Assembly: GCA_051362555.1 (NCBI GenBank)
Contig: CM120642.1
Span: 15,252,001-15,316,000, forward strand
Reading direction: 5' to 3'
Source: Lingula anatina
Lineage: Eukaryota > Animalia > Brachiopoda
DNA length: 64,000 bases
Below the pieces are notes generated by a model. That model was not told where the DNA came from, ran no database searches, and saw only the letters and a program-made list of their open reading frames with translations. The position numbers and the translations under genes were made by a program. Positions 1 to 13,800 of the stretch are shown piece by piece. How positions within the stretch are numbered: the stretch's first letter is position 1; every line of letters starts with the position of its first letter.

Positions 1-2168
1 GCATGATGATCTCTGCTTTGTCCATGTTGGGTACAATTCCGGTTCATTTCTTTGCAGACAGAGGTAAGATTTAAACCTGGTTTTGTGCCAGTATCAAAAT
101 ATATTAGTATTTTTAGTTACCGACAGATTCGATGGGTTTACAAGTCATATTCATGAGCGTCTTTTCATGCGTCATTTGGAATTACTGTATGTATGACACA
201 ATCTGTATGCTTACATAGATTTTAATAATTATGCTAATCAGATAAAAGATTGCTCGACTTATTGTGCATATAGGCAGTTGGTTATTTACATTCCAACTGC
301 CTTCACACATCTTTATTTTTAAGATTGGGTTTGTTGTATGCGTACATGGACACGTCCTATTTAATAAGTGTTGTTTTTTTACCCTAGATGAATGTTGAAC
401 CTAGATAAAATTAAATCGGTTGCCTTCACGAATGGAATGTTTTTTATCAATGTTTCAGAGAGTCCTTCGACCAGTGCCGTCTTTACGACTTTGTACACGA
501 TAGGGAAGCTGGGCCTTAGCGGTTGCTTCAGGCTTCTTATCGTGTGGAATGGGGAGTTCTATCCAACAGCTTTGCGAAATTTTGGACTAGGTTTAGGTTC
601 TACATTTGGCCGTGTTGCGGCGATTGTTTCACCAATTGTTATGGTACGCTACCCTGTTTCAGTCTTGTAACCGTCAAATGATATAACTATGTAGTATTCT
701 CCCCTAAAAAGTGTTACCCCACCGCATTTATGTATATTGTTACAAGAGTACTTACTGTTACTATTACGTTATAACTAGGCTACCGACCGAAGTGTAAAGT
801 GGGAATGTGAGTAGTAGAACATTGAATAAGACTATTGAATATAACCGCTACACCAGTTCTTTTAAATATTGGGGTCCTAAGTGAGGAGGATACATTTTTG
901 ACCATAATGTTGACAAAGGCTGAAGTTTTGATCCGCTAAATTGTAAAGTTTCATGAGATTTAGAACTCGACTTTAAAAAGAATGGGACAAATCATTTCCC
1001 GTCAGAAGGTGTTTGCACAATTACTGTCACGTTGAAAATGGCCAACAGGGGGATAGCCATGCAAACAAAAATGTTTTTTACTATATTTTGCACTGTATGT
1101 AGAACGCTATCACTCCGCAAACATTACAGAAATTTTGACTCCACGTACAGACACTTCTGACTCAGCGACCCAACCATCTGGCAATTTGGCGATTCAAAAC
1201 TCCCTCCTTTGTCAGCCAGCTGCTTGGTTAATTAAACTCTTATTATTTGAAATATAATCTGTATTTCAATGATCACGGTAGTTAGGTCAATCTTCTTTTA
1301 CTCGGATCCCCAATTTACACGAAGATCGGTTGTTATGCAATAGTTTTTATGCAACAATAGCTGTAATGCAATAATAAGATGGGTGACCTACATGTAGAAA
1401 CTGTTTAGAAATGCGATAGGGGTGACAATTTCGCTACGGGAGTATATATACATTATTTGACAGTTTTTAAAATTCATCAATTAAAACTAAGCTTTCATAT
1501 ATCCAAAAGCCCATTAAGTTTAATCATATTCAAGTATAAAATTTCATCTAATACGATAATTTGGTTCTTGGCCATTAAAAGGAAGATTTCTCATTTTGAT
1601 AGGACCAACTAGGGGGACATCCAGTTCTTGGTAACACTGTCCCTCTGATATTGTTTGGCTGCATGGCATTGTTCTGTGCTTTGAGTGGTCTATATCTCCC
1701 TGAAACCGCCCACAAACACCTGCCAGAGACCTTGGAAGATGCTCAAAACTTTGGAGTAAAACGGTTTGTTATGCAGTGCACTGTTTAAGATCTGTTGACG
1801 CCTCCTTATCTCACCCCTCATTTCATTCAAGTCAGCTGTCTTCTGCTGTCTGTCTTTCTCATTCGCGAGCACCCGTACACATATCCATTCATGTACAAAA
1901 TTTAAGTCACACTACTTAAAACTATTGATAAAATGTGATGGGTATTTCCAAAGTAAAAGTACATGCACATGTACCTCCACGCTGGGCAGTACTAGCAGGC
2001 TATTTTGATTCTAAAGTTTTTAAACAATGCATTACTGCAAAACATAACGTAACATTGCTGTGGGAAAACGCATTAATGTTACATACGTGTCTCCATTTCA
2101 GGTTGGAGAAGAATTTCCACAAAAGGTCAAGGGATAATGCTCCACAGACACTTGAAATGGTTTCTTAG
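1..2168 (+). CDS. SLC22 organic cation/anion transporter-like gene, copy A (last 4 exons; 5' part is upstream of the window)
   Basis: Exons <1-63, 459-643, 1603-1763, 2102-2168, with GT-AG ends and consistent phases. Peptide MMISALSMLGTIPVHFFADR / ESPSTSAVFTTLYTIGKLG..WNGEFYPTALRNFGLG..FGRVAAIVSP / ..LPETAHKHLPETLEDA / RLEKNF..LEMVS*. EFYPT and LPET are SLC22/MFS motifs. AATAAA at 2268-2273. Confidence 0.92.
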
Positions 2169-2790
2169 TTTCTACGACTATCCGGTATCACAATTTGACA
2201 CATTGAACAATGCATTTTTATCTATTGTTTGATATGCAGCATATTTACAAAGCATGACGTTACAGTCAATAAAGTGAAGATTTCCTTAGTTTTGAACTTA
2301 AAAGTCATATTTTCATTGTGCGAAAAAGCTGGCAGTCCTTGGAATGGAAGCTTGGATGGGGTCCCATATGATTCCGTGCGCCAGTTGAAGATTATAAACT
2401 TAATGTAGCTTAAACGACATCGTAAACTTCTGAGATCATGCCAAGATTTTTAAAATAATTTAATACCGTGTCCAAAGTTAGCATGTTTGCGCATAGAGAG
2501 TTGAGAGAAAGAGCCTGTAATTTCATTTTGTTCCCATTATCTTCTTCGGGGGCCAGATATACATGAGCTTGGAACCCATGTTTGAAAATTGGAGTCATCT
2601 TAGGCATTTTTTAATTGCGAAGTAAAAAAAGCATCATTTCCTTTCCGAACCACCACGACCCTTTGTGATGCCATTTAACGTATACTGTACATTTCTTTGG
2701 GTTTGCATTGTAATTTAAAAGGCAAATCTGTGGTTAAACAATTGCCATCAACGTCGTGTGTGCAGCAAGCATTAGCACACGGATTATAGT

Positions 2791-2817
2791 AAGGGGCGGA
2801 GTGTTTGACTATAAAAA
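2791..2817 (+). promoter_or_regulatory. Candidate core promoter (GC box plus TATA) upstream of SLC22 copy B
   Basis: GGGGCGGAG followed by TATAAAAA (2810-2817), about 720 bp before the copy B ATG. Motif match only. Confidence 0.3.
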
Positions 2818-3531
2818 ATAGCAAAATCCTGAGATGCATGTCCAGTGTATTTTATTATCAAAGGGTCATTTACAACACCTTTTCCATGACAAGAAAGAAA
2901 ACTTAGTCTCTGCCCCATACCAAATGTGACCGACTGATCCGCTCAATTGCATTAAAAATACTTGATCTTGCAGCAAGATAATGTTAACGGGAGTGCTACT
3001 CCATTTGCATAAAGACAATTTACTGATGGCAGTTTCCTACCAGTAATTTTTCGCATCTTTCTTTTGCTCGCACACTGACATTATATTAAAGGCAAACATT
3101 GAAATGCACTGATAGTCGTCTCCGATAACCTTAAACTAGATAAGAGCAGGTCAGAAACTGCACCACTTCACATGGTGAGAAACTGAACTGGAGCAGAGCA
3201 ATACATACACATGCAATTTTCCCGCTATCAATACTTGTCGTGACATACGTGCGTTATATCTGTACGAGGTGATTTTATTTTCATCAACGATAACACTGCT
3301 TCTTTACAAATACTCTTAGGGTTTTTTTTTTTTTTTTTTTTTTGGGGGGGGGGGGCAGATACTTACATTTTAAGCGTATATAAGTAAATGTAGGAAATAA
3401 AAGAGACCCCATCGCTGGCCTTAGTTTGTGTTACTTACGTTTATCTTATCTGAAAAAGGTGAATGAATGCAAAGCAAGCACTCGCAGCTGTTACACGTAC
3501 ATGCAAGGATTGATCACCAGTCAAACGACTA

Positions 3532-6500
3532 ATGATGGAATTCGATGAGGTGATCCGACGTGTCGGAGAGTTTGGAAGGATTCAGTTGCGGACGACAATA
3601 TTTGGTGGCTTGGTGACAATGACAACAGCACTGCAAATGATGGTGACAGTCTTCATGCAGCAATCACCGGCACATAGGTAAAAATAAGTATTTTGATGAC
3701 GCTACCAACTTTGTCTTACCTTTTATGCGAGGTAAAACTAGACAACTTCCATATTCCTTCAAATCCTTTATAATCACTTTCTAACTACGCTATCTAAAAT
3801 TTATTCATCTCCGTTCAACCTCTTACATCGTTCTCCCCAGTTTACATTACTTTCTGCGCTTAAGTACAACGAGATCATGTCAATCAACTAAGGTTACACT
3901 ACAAAATACTCCCCGCTCTTATTCACTCACTACATGAATTTATTTTCGTTTAACGAGTCAACGTAAATGTGTTAGAGAAGCAAGTCAGGTGAGGTAATGA
4001 GTTCATAGGGCGGGGAGTTTTAGATGCGCAGTTTGGGCATTGCGCAGTAGTATAAAAGGAACTGTGAGATGAGTACATTTCATTCGATACTGTCTCAGCT
4101 TGCTGCGTCGGGTCCAAGTAAATCGCAAATTTATACGAGACAAAAGAGTATTTTGAATAATACTGAAGTTGATCAGAAAAGAAATATATCAGAGAAGGTA
4201 CAAAAGGAACCAGTTGTGATAAGTCGGCGTATAAAAGGGTATTCTTTTGGTATTAGTAATGATCCATCGAGAATGCATAGAGCAGTGTTAAATGTATAAA
4301 ATTAGTAATAAAGAAGAGATGATAGTTGTGACAAGAAAGTAGAAATTAGTAGTTTTTGATGTACAGGAAATTCTGGACATGTACACATTCGGTAATATAT
4401 ATAAGAATGCAACAGTTCAAATATGGAATGAAAGATGTTATTGAAATATATAAAAGGTGGTTAAAATTTAAAGTGTAAAAAAAAGAGGAAGAACGAAAAG
4501 AAAAGAAAATAGCAGATGTGGTGGTAACGAGATGTTGGTAGATGGTTATAGTCGGAGAGTTTGTGAAGTACAGTTAATGCGTGGTATGTACGCATTCTGC
4601 GACGCAGACAAGCATGCAACAGCTCGTACAATGTAGCAAGGGTTAACGAAATAAAAATTATTTGAATTTGATGCGGTGGTTGGTGTTTTCGTTGCGAGTT
4701 ATTAGACGATAAATGATGTATATGCGATTGAGTGAAACGATAAGAATTTAATGCCACTTACTAATATTACAGTTTCACGGACGTGGGTGGCGGTGTAACA
4801 GGTGGCGGGAGAACAACGCGCCTCTTATCCAACACGCCTCTTAAAATTGATGCTTCAAAACAACTGTTAATGTGATAGCGTTCTACATACAGTACAAAAA
4901 TCGACGACAGTGAGGTTATATATGGACCTCAACTACATGTATGGCCAACAGCAGTGATTATAAGGACTGAATCGTATCAATCGGTGGATCAAAGCCAAAT
5001 ACAGAAATATATATGTAAAACCAAACAGTCAACATAACTTACGTTAATTTAGGCAAATGATGTACCCGTAAACACATAAATCCTGTTTTTAGGTGTGCCA
5101 TTCCAGGCCTGGCAAACGACACCTTTGAAATCCAAGGTGCCTGGCACCAATATCTTATCAACCAAACCATTCCTGTAGACGAGAATGACCAGTATGAGGG
5201 ATGTCTGTGGCGTAGTGGAAATGATTCCGGGAATGGTAGTGTTTTGTCGTGTAATGAATGGGTTTATGATACATCTGTATTCCCGAGAACGTTTCCTACA
5301 GAAGTGAGGCAATGTCTTTATTATTTCATAACAATGATTTTGGACGCGTTTTATTATCAGTGTAATCTTAATGTTATTTTGATACAGTTCAATTGTTACA
5401 TTGTATCATTAAATGCTTAGTTTTATATTTAAAAATTAGTCCAGCAAACCTCTTTTGAAGTAAAACTTACATTTCAGTTTATATTTTTTCAATTTATTTA
5501 ATTATTTATTTATTTTGGTTAAATGAATAAAATGTCAATCTTAGTGGCGCATATGTTAATTGATTTGATGCATAAAACATAGGACATTATCGCACAGCAG
5601 ACGTCGTTCACCTGGTAATTTCTATGGCAAATGAAATATTATACCAAAGTTTATATTTCAGTTTGGTCTATTATGTGGAAGTTCCTTATTGATAAATATG
5701 GTGAACGTGGTCTATCTAACAGGGGTGGCTGCAGGGGCTATTGTTGGCGGCCTTGCAGCAGACTGGTAAGCCTTTTTTTATTAAATCTTTTTTCCTCGGT
5801 GCTTGTACATTCTATCTCGTTCAGATACGTGCATTGGCTCACATATTACACATAAATCAGTGCTTCTTTCGTATGACTTTCATTGACAGTTGAACATGGA
5901 TACCAATTTCAGTCCTTTGACAGTGTCCACTAACAACAAAATACCAAACATGTTTAATTAGGGTTCTATCAAAGGGTTGAAACGATTGTAAAAAAAGGCT
6001 TGTTTTAATTTTCAGCATTGGTCGTAAAACAGTAGCCTTCATCTTCTGTTTAATCCATGGAGTCGGTGGGGTAGGAGCGGCACTCTCACCTACCTACGGG
6101 GCCTTTGTCGCATTCCGATTCTTCGTCGGGACTTGTCACGGCGCTGCAAATAATTGTGTGTTGGTACTGGGTAGGTAATCGTATGATGCACCGCGTTTGA
6201 TATTCTTTGCTGTTCAGTGGCGTGCGGAGCCAAGGTTTGAAAAATTGCGAGAAATTTTGTAGTCATCTAAGACTAAACTTTTGAGATGTTACTTATCTTT
6301 ACCCTGATGCCATATTTTGTTGACCGTGATTTGAAATGCCTTTGAATTTAAATTCACATAATATAATCTGCAGTCAGTGTTACAGCTTCCAATTTGCTAT
6401 GCCATGCGTTCGTGTATTAAAAAATTCTAATAATACATCGTATGATCATTGTTCTTACTTCATGTAGTCACATACATTGCAGGTATGGAGTTTGTTTCTC

Positions 6501-6655
6501 CAAGAAAACGGATTATATCCGTATGCGTATTAGGCATATCATGGGGTGCGGGCATCGTGCTTGCAACCCCTCTGGCTTATCTTATACGGGACTGGAGATA
6601 TCTGCAGTTAACCGTGGCACTGCCCCCATTCCTATATCTAGGATTCTGGTGGTAG

Positions 6656-6727
<72 letters not shown>

Positions 6728-9205
6728 GCAAGCAAGCTGATTCTTGATGTCTTTCTTTGTTTATTTCTGTTTTGTTGCACAAACATCAGACATCAGACAA
6801 GCACACTTTGAATTTGCATGGGGACAGCAAGACAACATGTGGTCCTTTAACATAAAATCAAATATGTCTCTCATTCCCCATGTTGTTTTTGCCTAGTTGA
6901 TGATACGTTAACTCAACTCTGATTGGTAAAAAAAAAACATGGATTATGTCGTCGGTAGATATCATGTTTGGGCATGACCTCAGCGGTCAGTATTGAGTTT
7001 TATATCAAACCTCGAATTCCCGTATATGATAATTGTTTTCTATGCAAATTGTGTAAATGACATAGTACATTTTAAACATTATTAAACATTCATATTTGCA
7101 GGATAATCCCGGAGTCCCCTCGCTGGCTGTTATCTAGGGGGAGATACAAGGAAGCTGAGAGGATAGTGCGGTGGGCGTCCAGAGTGAATGACAGAAAGAT
7201 GCCGGAGACCGGTCATTTCTTGAATGAGCATTCTTTGCAAATCACTCCGACTTTAAGTCCCCTGAAGATTTTTAAGGCACCAAGACTTATGGCGAGGACA
7301 GCAGTAGCAATCTGTGGCTGGTATAAACATTGTTTTCGCAGTTTGGCAACACGCAATTGACATTTTAAGTTACACGTGTTCATGTTAAAAAACCAAATGC
7401 GCTTATTTTAACCAAGACTTAAAAGGACTCTTTATAGGTCACCCAATATGACAAATCGTTATAAGCATCGAGAGCGTTCAAACAAATGTCTCACCAAAAA
7501 CCTTACCACTATGTCATTTTTAGGATCACAGTTGGCATATCATGGTATGGTCTTACACTAAATCAGGGGTCTCTAGGAGGTGACGTCTTCCTTAATGCTC
7601 TAGTACTGTCTCTGATCGACCTGATGGCTTTCCTATCGTTGATGATCATCAACAAAGTTGGTAGGAGAAGAGCATACTGTGCCAGTATGATGCTCTCTGC
7701 CCTGTCTATGTTGTCAACTGTACTGGTCCATTTCTTAGCAGACAGAGGTATGATTTAAAGGGTGTGAATATTCATTTGAAATCGTTTGATTTACATTTAT
7801 TAGAAAGGAGATGTTAAATTTTATTTGTTTTTGGTGCTACACGTGTGCTGTAAGTAATCTGTTGTAAATTTGTTACATACACTTCTTTTGCTGGCATTGA
7901 TTTTTAATCGTGGTAAGCATTTAAGTACGAAATGTTGCACACGGCTTCTGTTTAATTTATAGTCACAGTGATGGTCTCCGCGCCTTTTTTAATCAATTGT
8001 AAAGCAATATCTAGTTTTACAGAGGCTAAATAGTACGTTGTATTTAGTACATTCCCAGTAAAATAGAAGGGTCCACTTCAATTTTACAGAAAGTCAGTCA
8101 ACCAGTACCATCTTCACAGCTCTGTACACGATAGGGAAGTTGGGAGTCAGTGCTTGCTTCTGCCTTCTATTCATCTGGAATGGAGAGTTCTATCCTACGC
8201 CCCTACGAAACTTTGGGATAGGATTAGGATGTACATTCGGCCGCATTGCGGCTATTTCATCTCCGATTGTAATGGTATGTTAACGTTATGGCTCAGCTTC
8301 AGTATAACAATTATATTTCCTGTTCAGAAACAACTATTCCCTTTCGATGAATTAGGAGCCTTTTTGGTGTTTGCATTTTTTAACTCTACGTTTAATGCAA
8401 CTAACTTCCTGGGTGTTTAATTTGTACTTATACCCCGGTAGACACAGTAGCTATATATTAACATTAAAATCACAGTGAAAAATAGCTTGTATCCCGCCTT
8501 ATCAAAACGACACTGCAGTGAAAAGCAAATACGTGACCCCTAACACTGTTACATTGCTGCACTGAAATGACGTTCCAAAAAGAATATCGAGAAACTGATT
8601 ATTTATTTAATATTTATTATAAACGCAGCAATTCGATATACATGTGGGGTTGTATTTCACCAGCAGTTTTCACTTTTTTATTTTTGATATATTTATATTA
8701 TTACCATTTAGTTTCATCAGGCCCCATTTTCATAAACCTTTGGGTAACATTATCCACTGGATACAATTGTTTTCTTTGAATAGTAATCCTGAGGATAGCA
8801 GCCATATTAAAACACTGGATAGCAAAATCAGAAACAAAAATAGGTATCTAGTGTTACGAAAACATTACTTTACCCACAGGATAACTGACCGGACGATAAA
8901 AGTTTAACTACAAAGAATGAAATAATCCGAAGGGTGGGTGTTAAATGAAAAAAGTTTTCATTATTTGTAGGACCAACTCGGAAAACATCCAGTTCTTGGT
9001 AACACTGTTCCTCTGATATTGTTTGGCTGCATGGCATTGTTCTGTGCTTTGAGTGGTCTATATCTCCCTGAAACCGCCCACAAACACCTGCCAGAGACCT
9101 TGGAAGATGCTCAAAACTTTGGAGTAAAACGGTTTGTTATTCACTATGCTTAACGAAACCCCTCTCCCTCTCTCTCCCTCTCTCTCTCTCTCTCCAACAC
9201 ACACG

Positions 9206-9252
<47 letters not shown>

Positions 9253-9493
9253 CATTCAAAGTTGTAATCGAAACAAAATAATTTCACTTCCTTCTCACAA
9301 ACTATGTCTTGTTAACTATTTAAACGCCGTCAAGACGGAATATAGATGAGTTATGGGCAAGACATTTATGATATCGGTTCAACAGCAATATATGTACATG
9401 CAGTATTAACCTAAAATACATTTCAGGTGTGAGGAGGCCGTCTACAAAAAGTCCAGTGAGACAGCTGCACCATTATTTGAAATGAAATCTTAA
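3532..9493 (+). CDS. SLC22 organic cation/anion transporter-like gene, copy B (10 exons, about 546 aa, intact)
   Basis: Exons 3532-3677, 5093-5303, 5662-5765, 6016-6170, 6483-6651, 7102-7320, 7524-7747, 8090-8274, 8971-9131, 9427-9493 (1641 nt, phases consistent). Motifs MEFDEVIRRVGEFGRIQ, Cys-rich extracellular loop (RCAIP..C..C.EWVYD..FGLLC), IGRK, MEFVSPRKR, DWRYLQ, IPESPRWL, YGLTLN, EFYPT, LPET. Confidence 0.93.
3740..4845. mobile_element. Probable transposon/virus-derived insertion in intron 1 of copy B, family unresolved
   Basis: No counterpart in the short intron 1 of copies C and D. Strand skew switches from C/T-rich to G/A-rich near 3960. Imperfect inverted repeat 3903-3933/3994-4022, promoter-like motifs, and a terminal tandem motif CGCGCCTCTTA..CACGCCTCTTA (4812-4843). 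Confidence 0.35.
6658..6724. repeat. Poly(T) tract just after the exon 5 donor of copy B
   Basis: About 67 consecutive T; explains the poly-F and poly-K ORFs. Confidence 0.95.
9160..9249. repeat. (CT)n(CA)n compound microsatellite in intron 9 of copy B; counterpart at about 15880-15998 in copy C
   Basis: Directly visible, at the same intron position in B and C. Confidence 0.9.
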
Positions 9494-10834
9494 TCATATC
9501 AGTATGCCATCTGGTGACACAATTTGAGACGAATGGGCTTTTTTTTTCATCTCCTTCGGTTAGATGCCATGCACGTTTTAAACACAAACTGGATAATACG
9601 ATTTCAAATGGCATTGACAGACTAAAAAATGCGTTTTCACTGACCAAATGTATTTCTACAATGGGAACTGCATTTATTTTCACTGCCTCACATTAGCAAC
9701 TTAAATCGAAGGATGGCTTTTCATACTTAAAGTTTCAATGTGCGACATGTCGCAACTTAGTGAAATCAAATTTATCATTCTATTAAAAACGCTAGACTGA
9801 TAAATGATTTTTTTTTAATTCAATAGTGCAAACTGAACATGCCTGGTAATAAATTTACGATCGACCTAAGACATACAAAAATAATTGTTTTTTTTTTTTT
9901 TTCTCTCTCTCTCTCTTCCTCTTCTTTTTAATTTCAAGTAAATTAAAATAAGTAAATTAAAATTAGTACAGACGTGGCAAGTGGATTCTGTGAACAGGAA
10001 CGTTTCACATCTAGGTTGTCTCTAAAATAGCGGAAAAGCCCCTAATTTGGTTTTAACATAACATAACGGCTATGATCTACATGTATATTCCGTTATCACC
10101 TGGCTACTGGGTCACCGAAGATGAAGATCGTTACACGCCTTATAGATTTTTTATGTCATGAGAATTTCTGTTCTATTAAATAACACCAATAAATAATGTC
10201 TATAAAGGCGTAAAATAAATGGTAATTGATGCGCTTGCCAGTCCATGCAATCCTGTCCTGACGTAACACGTCTTGCTGGTTGAGGTCACGAGTACTTTGT
10301 GCGCAGCTAACCGAGAGAGCGCCGGAGACAGCTAGGAGTGGCATTCCAATGAAACCTGCTGTCCGTTTTCCATCCTTCCGTGCAGGTGGCATCTGCAGGA
10401 CAAAACTAAAGATATTAAGATAGATATAAGTGATAAAATGTCATTGATTTAAATTAATGAAATATATATTGAACTGTCTTTAGTCATAATGGTCCTGTTT
10501 CATAGTCCACAGTATTGCTATTTAATTGCTTTTGCCAATGTGCCCTTATTTTTGTTTATATTTTATATCTCGGCTTATTCTGAAGTAAAAATTTGCCTTA
10601 TTTTTCCACAACGGATGGTACCCCCACCCATATATATAAACAAAATCCTATATACAAAATATCATCCATCGTCACTAAAATGAACCCCTATAGGAACTGT
10701 TTATGTGAACATCTATTCTTCTTGTGTGGATTTTACCACAGCAACCCGCATGTTTTTGTTTATTTCTCATGTTAACAGAATTTCTGCAGTTTGCATCCTG
10801 AGAACATACAAAGTGCTGACATCACGCACAGAAG

Positions 10835-13800
10835 ATGGACTTTGATAAAGTTGTCCAACTTGTTGGTGAGTTTGGAAGGATCCAGTTGCGTACAGCGGCA
10901 TTTTCTGGATTGGTGACGATGTCCACAGCTTTACAAATGATGGTGACTTTATTCATGCAACAGTCACCGCCACACAGGTACTACCTGTACAAAAGAAGCT
11001 ATTAAATGAAAAGTGTGTAGTAGCACAGTAAGGTGATGTGAAGTAATCAGCTTTGTGTAAAGTGAATATTTACAAGTACACATAAACATTCTGAGACGTA
11101 TATGGCATGAGTAATATTGCAAATTATTAGATTGCTGATGAAGTAAAGAACAAACAAATGCTGTAACTAACAAAAATGTTTTTGTTAAAGATGCGCCATT
11201 CCAGGCCTGGCAAACGACACTTTTGAAATCCAAGGTACCTGGCACCAATATCTTATCAACCAAACCATTCCTGTAGACGAGAATGACGAGTATGAGGGAT
11301 GTCTGTGGCGTAGTGGAAATGATTCCGGGAATGGTAGTGTGTTGCCGTGCAAGGACCTGGTTTATGACACATCTGTATTCCCGAGAACGTTCCCTTCAGA
11401 AGTGAGTATTTGTAGTACAATCAGTTTCACTTCATATTTGCTGTCCATTTATTTCTTTTGTTTCGTCAAAACACTAAAATCACTCAACCATAATCTCACT
11501 AATTCATATCTCATTATTAGTCAATGTCGCAGATTAAAGAAATCATATTTATGTAGCCAAATGTTCACAAGCACAACGAAGCTCTGTTTTTGCTCCAAAT
11601 GAAGTAAGATAAGTCCATATGACTGAAAATTGTCATTGTGACGAAAACTAATAAGATACAAAGTTACAAAACTGGGGAGATAATCAAACATCCCCCAAAC
11701 TATATAAGTACCATAATATAAAAATAATAAAGTATGTTAATGAGTGTAACCAGGATAAATCAAGAAAAATATGAGAAATCACAACAGCTATAGGAGCAAA
11801 AAGTTGGCGCAAATGAAAATAAAAGGCAGTCCTGCCTGTCTTATAACACAGACGATCACCCCCGAATGCATATGTCTACTTTCCATTTCACAGATTATGT
11901 GTAAACATACATACTTGAATCTTCTGTCTACCCACATCACCGTGCACAAAATGAACAAATTAGTAGACAGGAAATCATTTAGCCATATAATTACTTCCAC
12001 TTTCATTCTATGCGTCCAGTATATATATTGTCCGAGATAAGGAGGTACCAATGATCTATGATTATTTTCCTTTGAACACCAATAGATCATCGCCTTCATG
12101 TCAAATGCCAACCACTTACAAAAATAGACTAGTTGCTTTTAGACCCGTATAACCTACATTTTTATATACTGATACACATGATTGAAATATTTGTTTACTT
12201 CAGTTTGGTCTATTATGCGACGATTCACTACTGGTAAATATGGCGAACGTAGTGTATCTAGCAGGCGTGGCAGCAGGAGCAGCTGTTGGAGGCTTGGCAG
12301 CAGATCTGTAAGATACCGTATTAATATTTTCTTATGGATTTCAAGTTGAAATCAGTAGATAGTCTTTACTCAACTGCCAATAATAAACCGATTATTGATT
12401 CTGTAAAATACTTAAAATATGATCATAGTGCGTTTGATTGCGTTCGGATTTTGCCTACATCTCATCCTATTTTTCATCCTTTGTTATCGAAATATCCGTA
12501 TAATGAAAGCAATCCAATATGGCCATATCCAGTCACCATCTGGCGTTATGTTAAAATGACGTTATGCGTCTGCTAGTATGTTCGTTGGTTGTATAAAAAT
12601 TCCCATATAAAGAGCTAAACCCACATACACTTAGCATTTATTTTGAAACATACTGTTATAAACCTTTTTTTCACAGTTATCACCATTCTGTAACCTCTTT
12701 CCTAAGATAGCTAGGACGCGGTAATAATTAATGTGGATTTTCAGCATTAGATTCCAAATTTGGTATCCTTTTTTCCTACAACCACTTTTGTTTTAATCGA
12801 AACGAGATACTTTCGGTTTTCAGTATCGGTCGGAAGTCTGTATCTTTCCTCGCCTGTTTTGTACATGGTGTCGGAGGACTGGGAGCTGCTTTGTCACCTA
12901 ACTACGGGGCTTATGTCGCATTCCGTTTCTTTGTTGGCAGCTGTCACGGGATTCTCAACAGTTCTGTCACGGTTTTAAGTATGTATAATCACGTAAAACT
13001 AAGTAGTAATTGGTCAAGTGTAACTGGTCAGATATTAGATATAGAAAGTATTCCGTTTTCCTGATGAGCATATCGATAAAATGAAGTCAAACGGATTTCC
13101 TGTTAGAGTTGTAGGTCACTACCACAGTCAAAGTTGGGTGTTTTAGAAGACTTGAAAACCAATATCAAAATACTGCAGCCGTTTCTAAATGTTGTAACAT
13201 ATTTGATTAAATGAGTCAGAAATGGTTATGCAAGAGGTGCCAAGCCCGATGTTATCGACTTACTGTTTGGTTATTCCACAATCTGTTTTTAATGTGAATG
13301 ATACACTGTTCTTACTTTGGCAGGCATGGAGTTTGTGTCACCAAGAAGACGATTGACATGCGCGTGCAATTTGGGAATATCATGGGGTATTGGAATGATG
13401 CTTACAACCCCTTTAGCTTATTTTATACGGGACTGGAGATATCTACAGTTGGCTGTGGCCTTGCCAACATTCTTATACTTAGGCTTCTGGTGGTACATTT
13501 CTCTATTTGTTTGGCATATAGCGAGTTATTTAAATGAGGGTGCCTCTATTTAGCCAGTTTCCCCACAAAACTTTGAGTACGCTTTCGAATCCAAACATAA
13601 TTATAAAGTGTAGTCATGTAGTAGACTAGTGCAATTCTAAAAATTGGGATCATAGGAGAGGCAGACATAGTGGGGAAATAGCTAGGATTAAACTAAAATA
13701 AATAAGTTTACGAATCGAAGTTTTAGATTTATACAACATTTAGTTCCTTTACAGGTTAATCCCAGAGTCTCCTCGCTGGCTGCTATCTAGAGGTAGATAC

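Noticed and set aside
840-1340. Degenerate inverted repeat in copy A intron, with a 21-bp motif shared inverted with about 4867-4892
   Set aside because: Probably an old MITE, but ends and TSD cannot be defined by eye.
3321-3355. Poly(T)-poly(G) junctions (also 44259-44313)
   Set aside because: Simple homopolymers with unreliable lengths and no evidence of function.
6442-6786. Poly-Phe and poly-Lys ORFs
   Set aside because: Translations of an intronic poly(T) tract.
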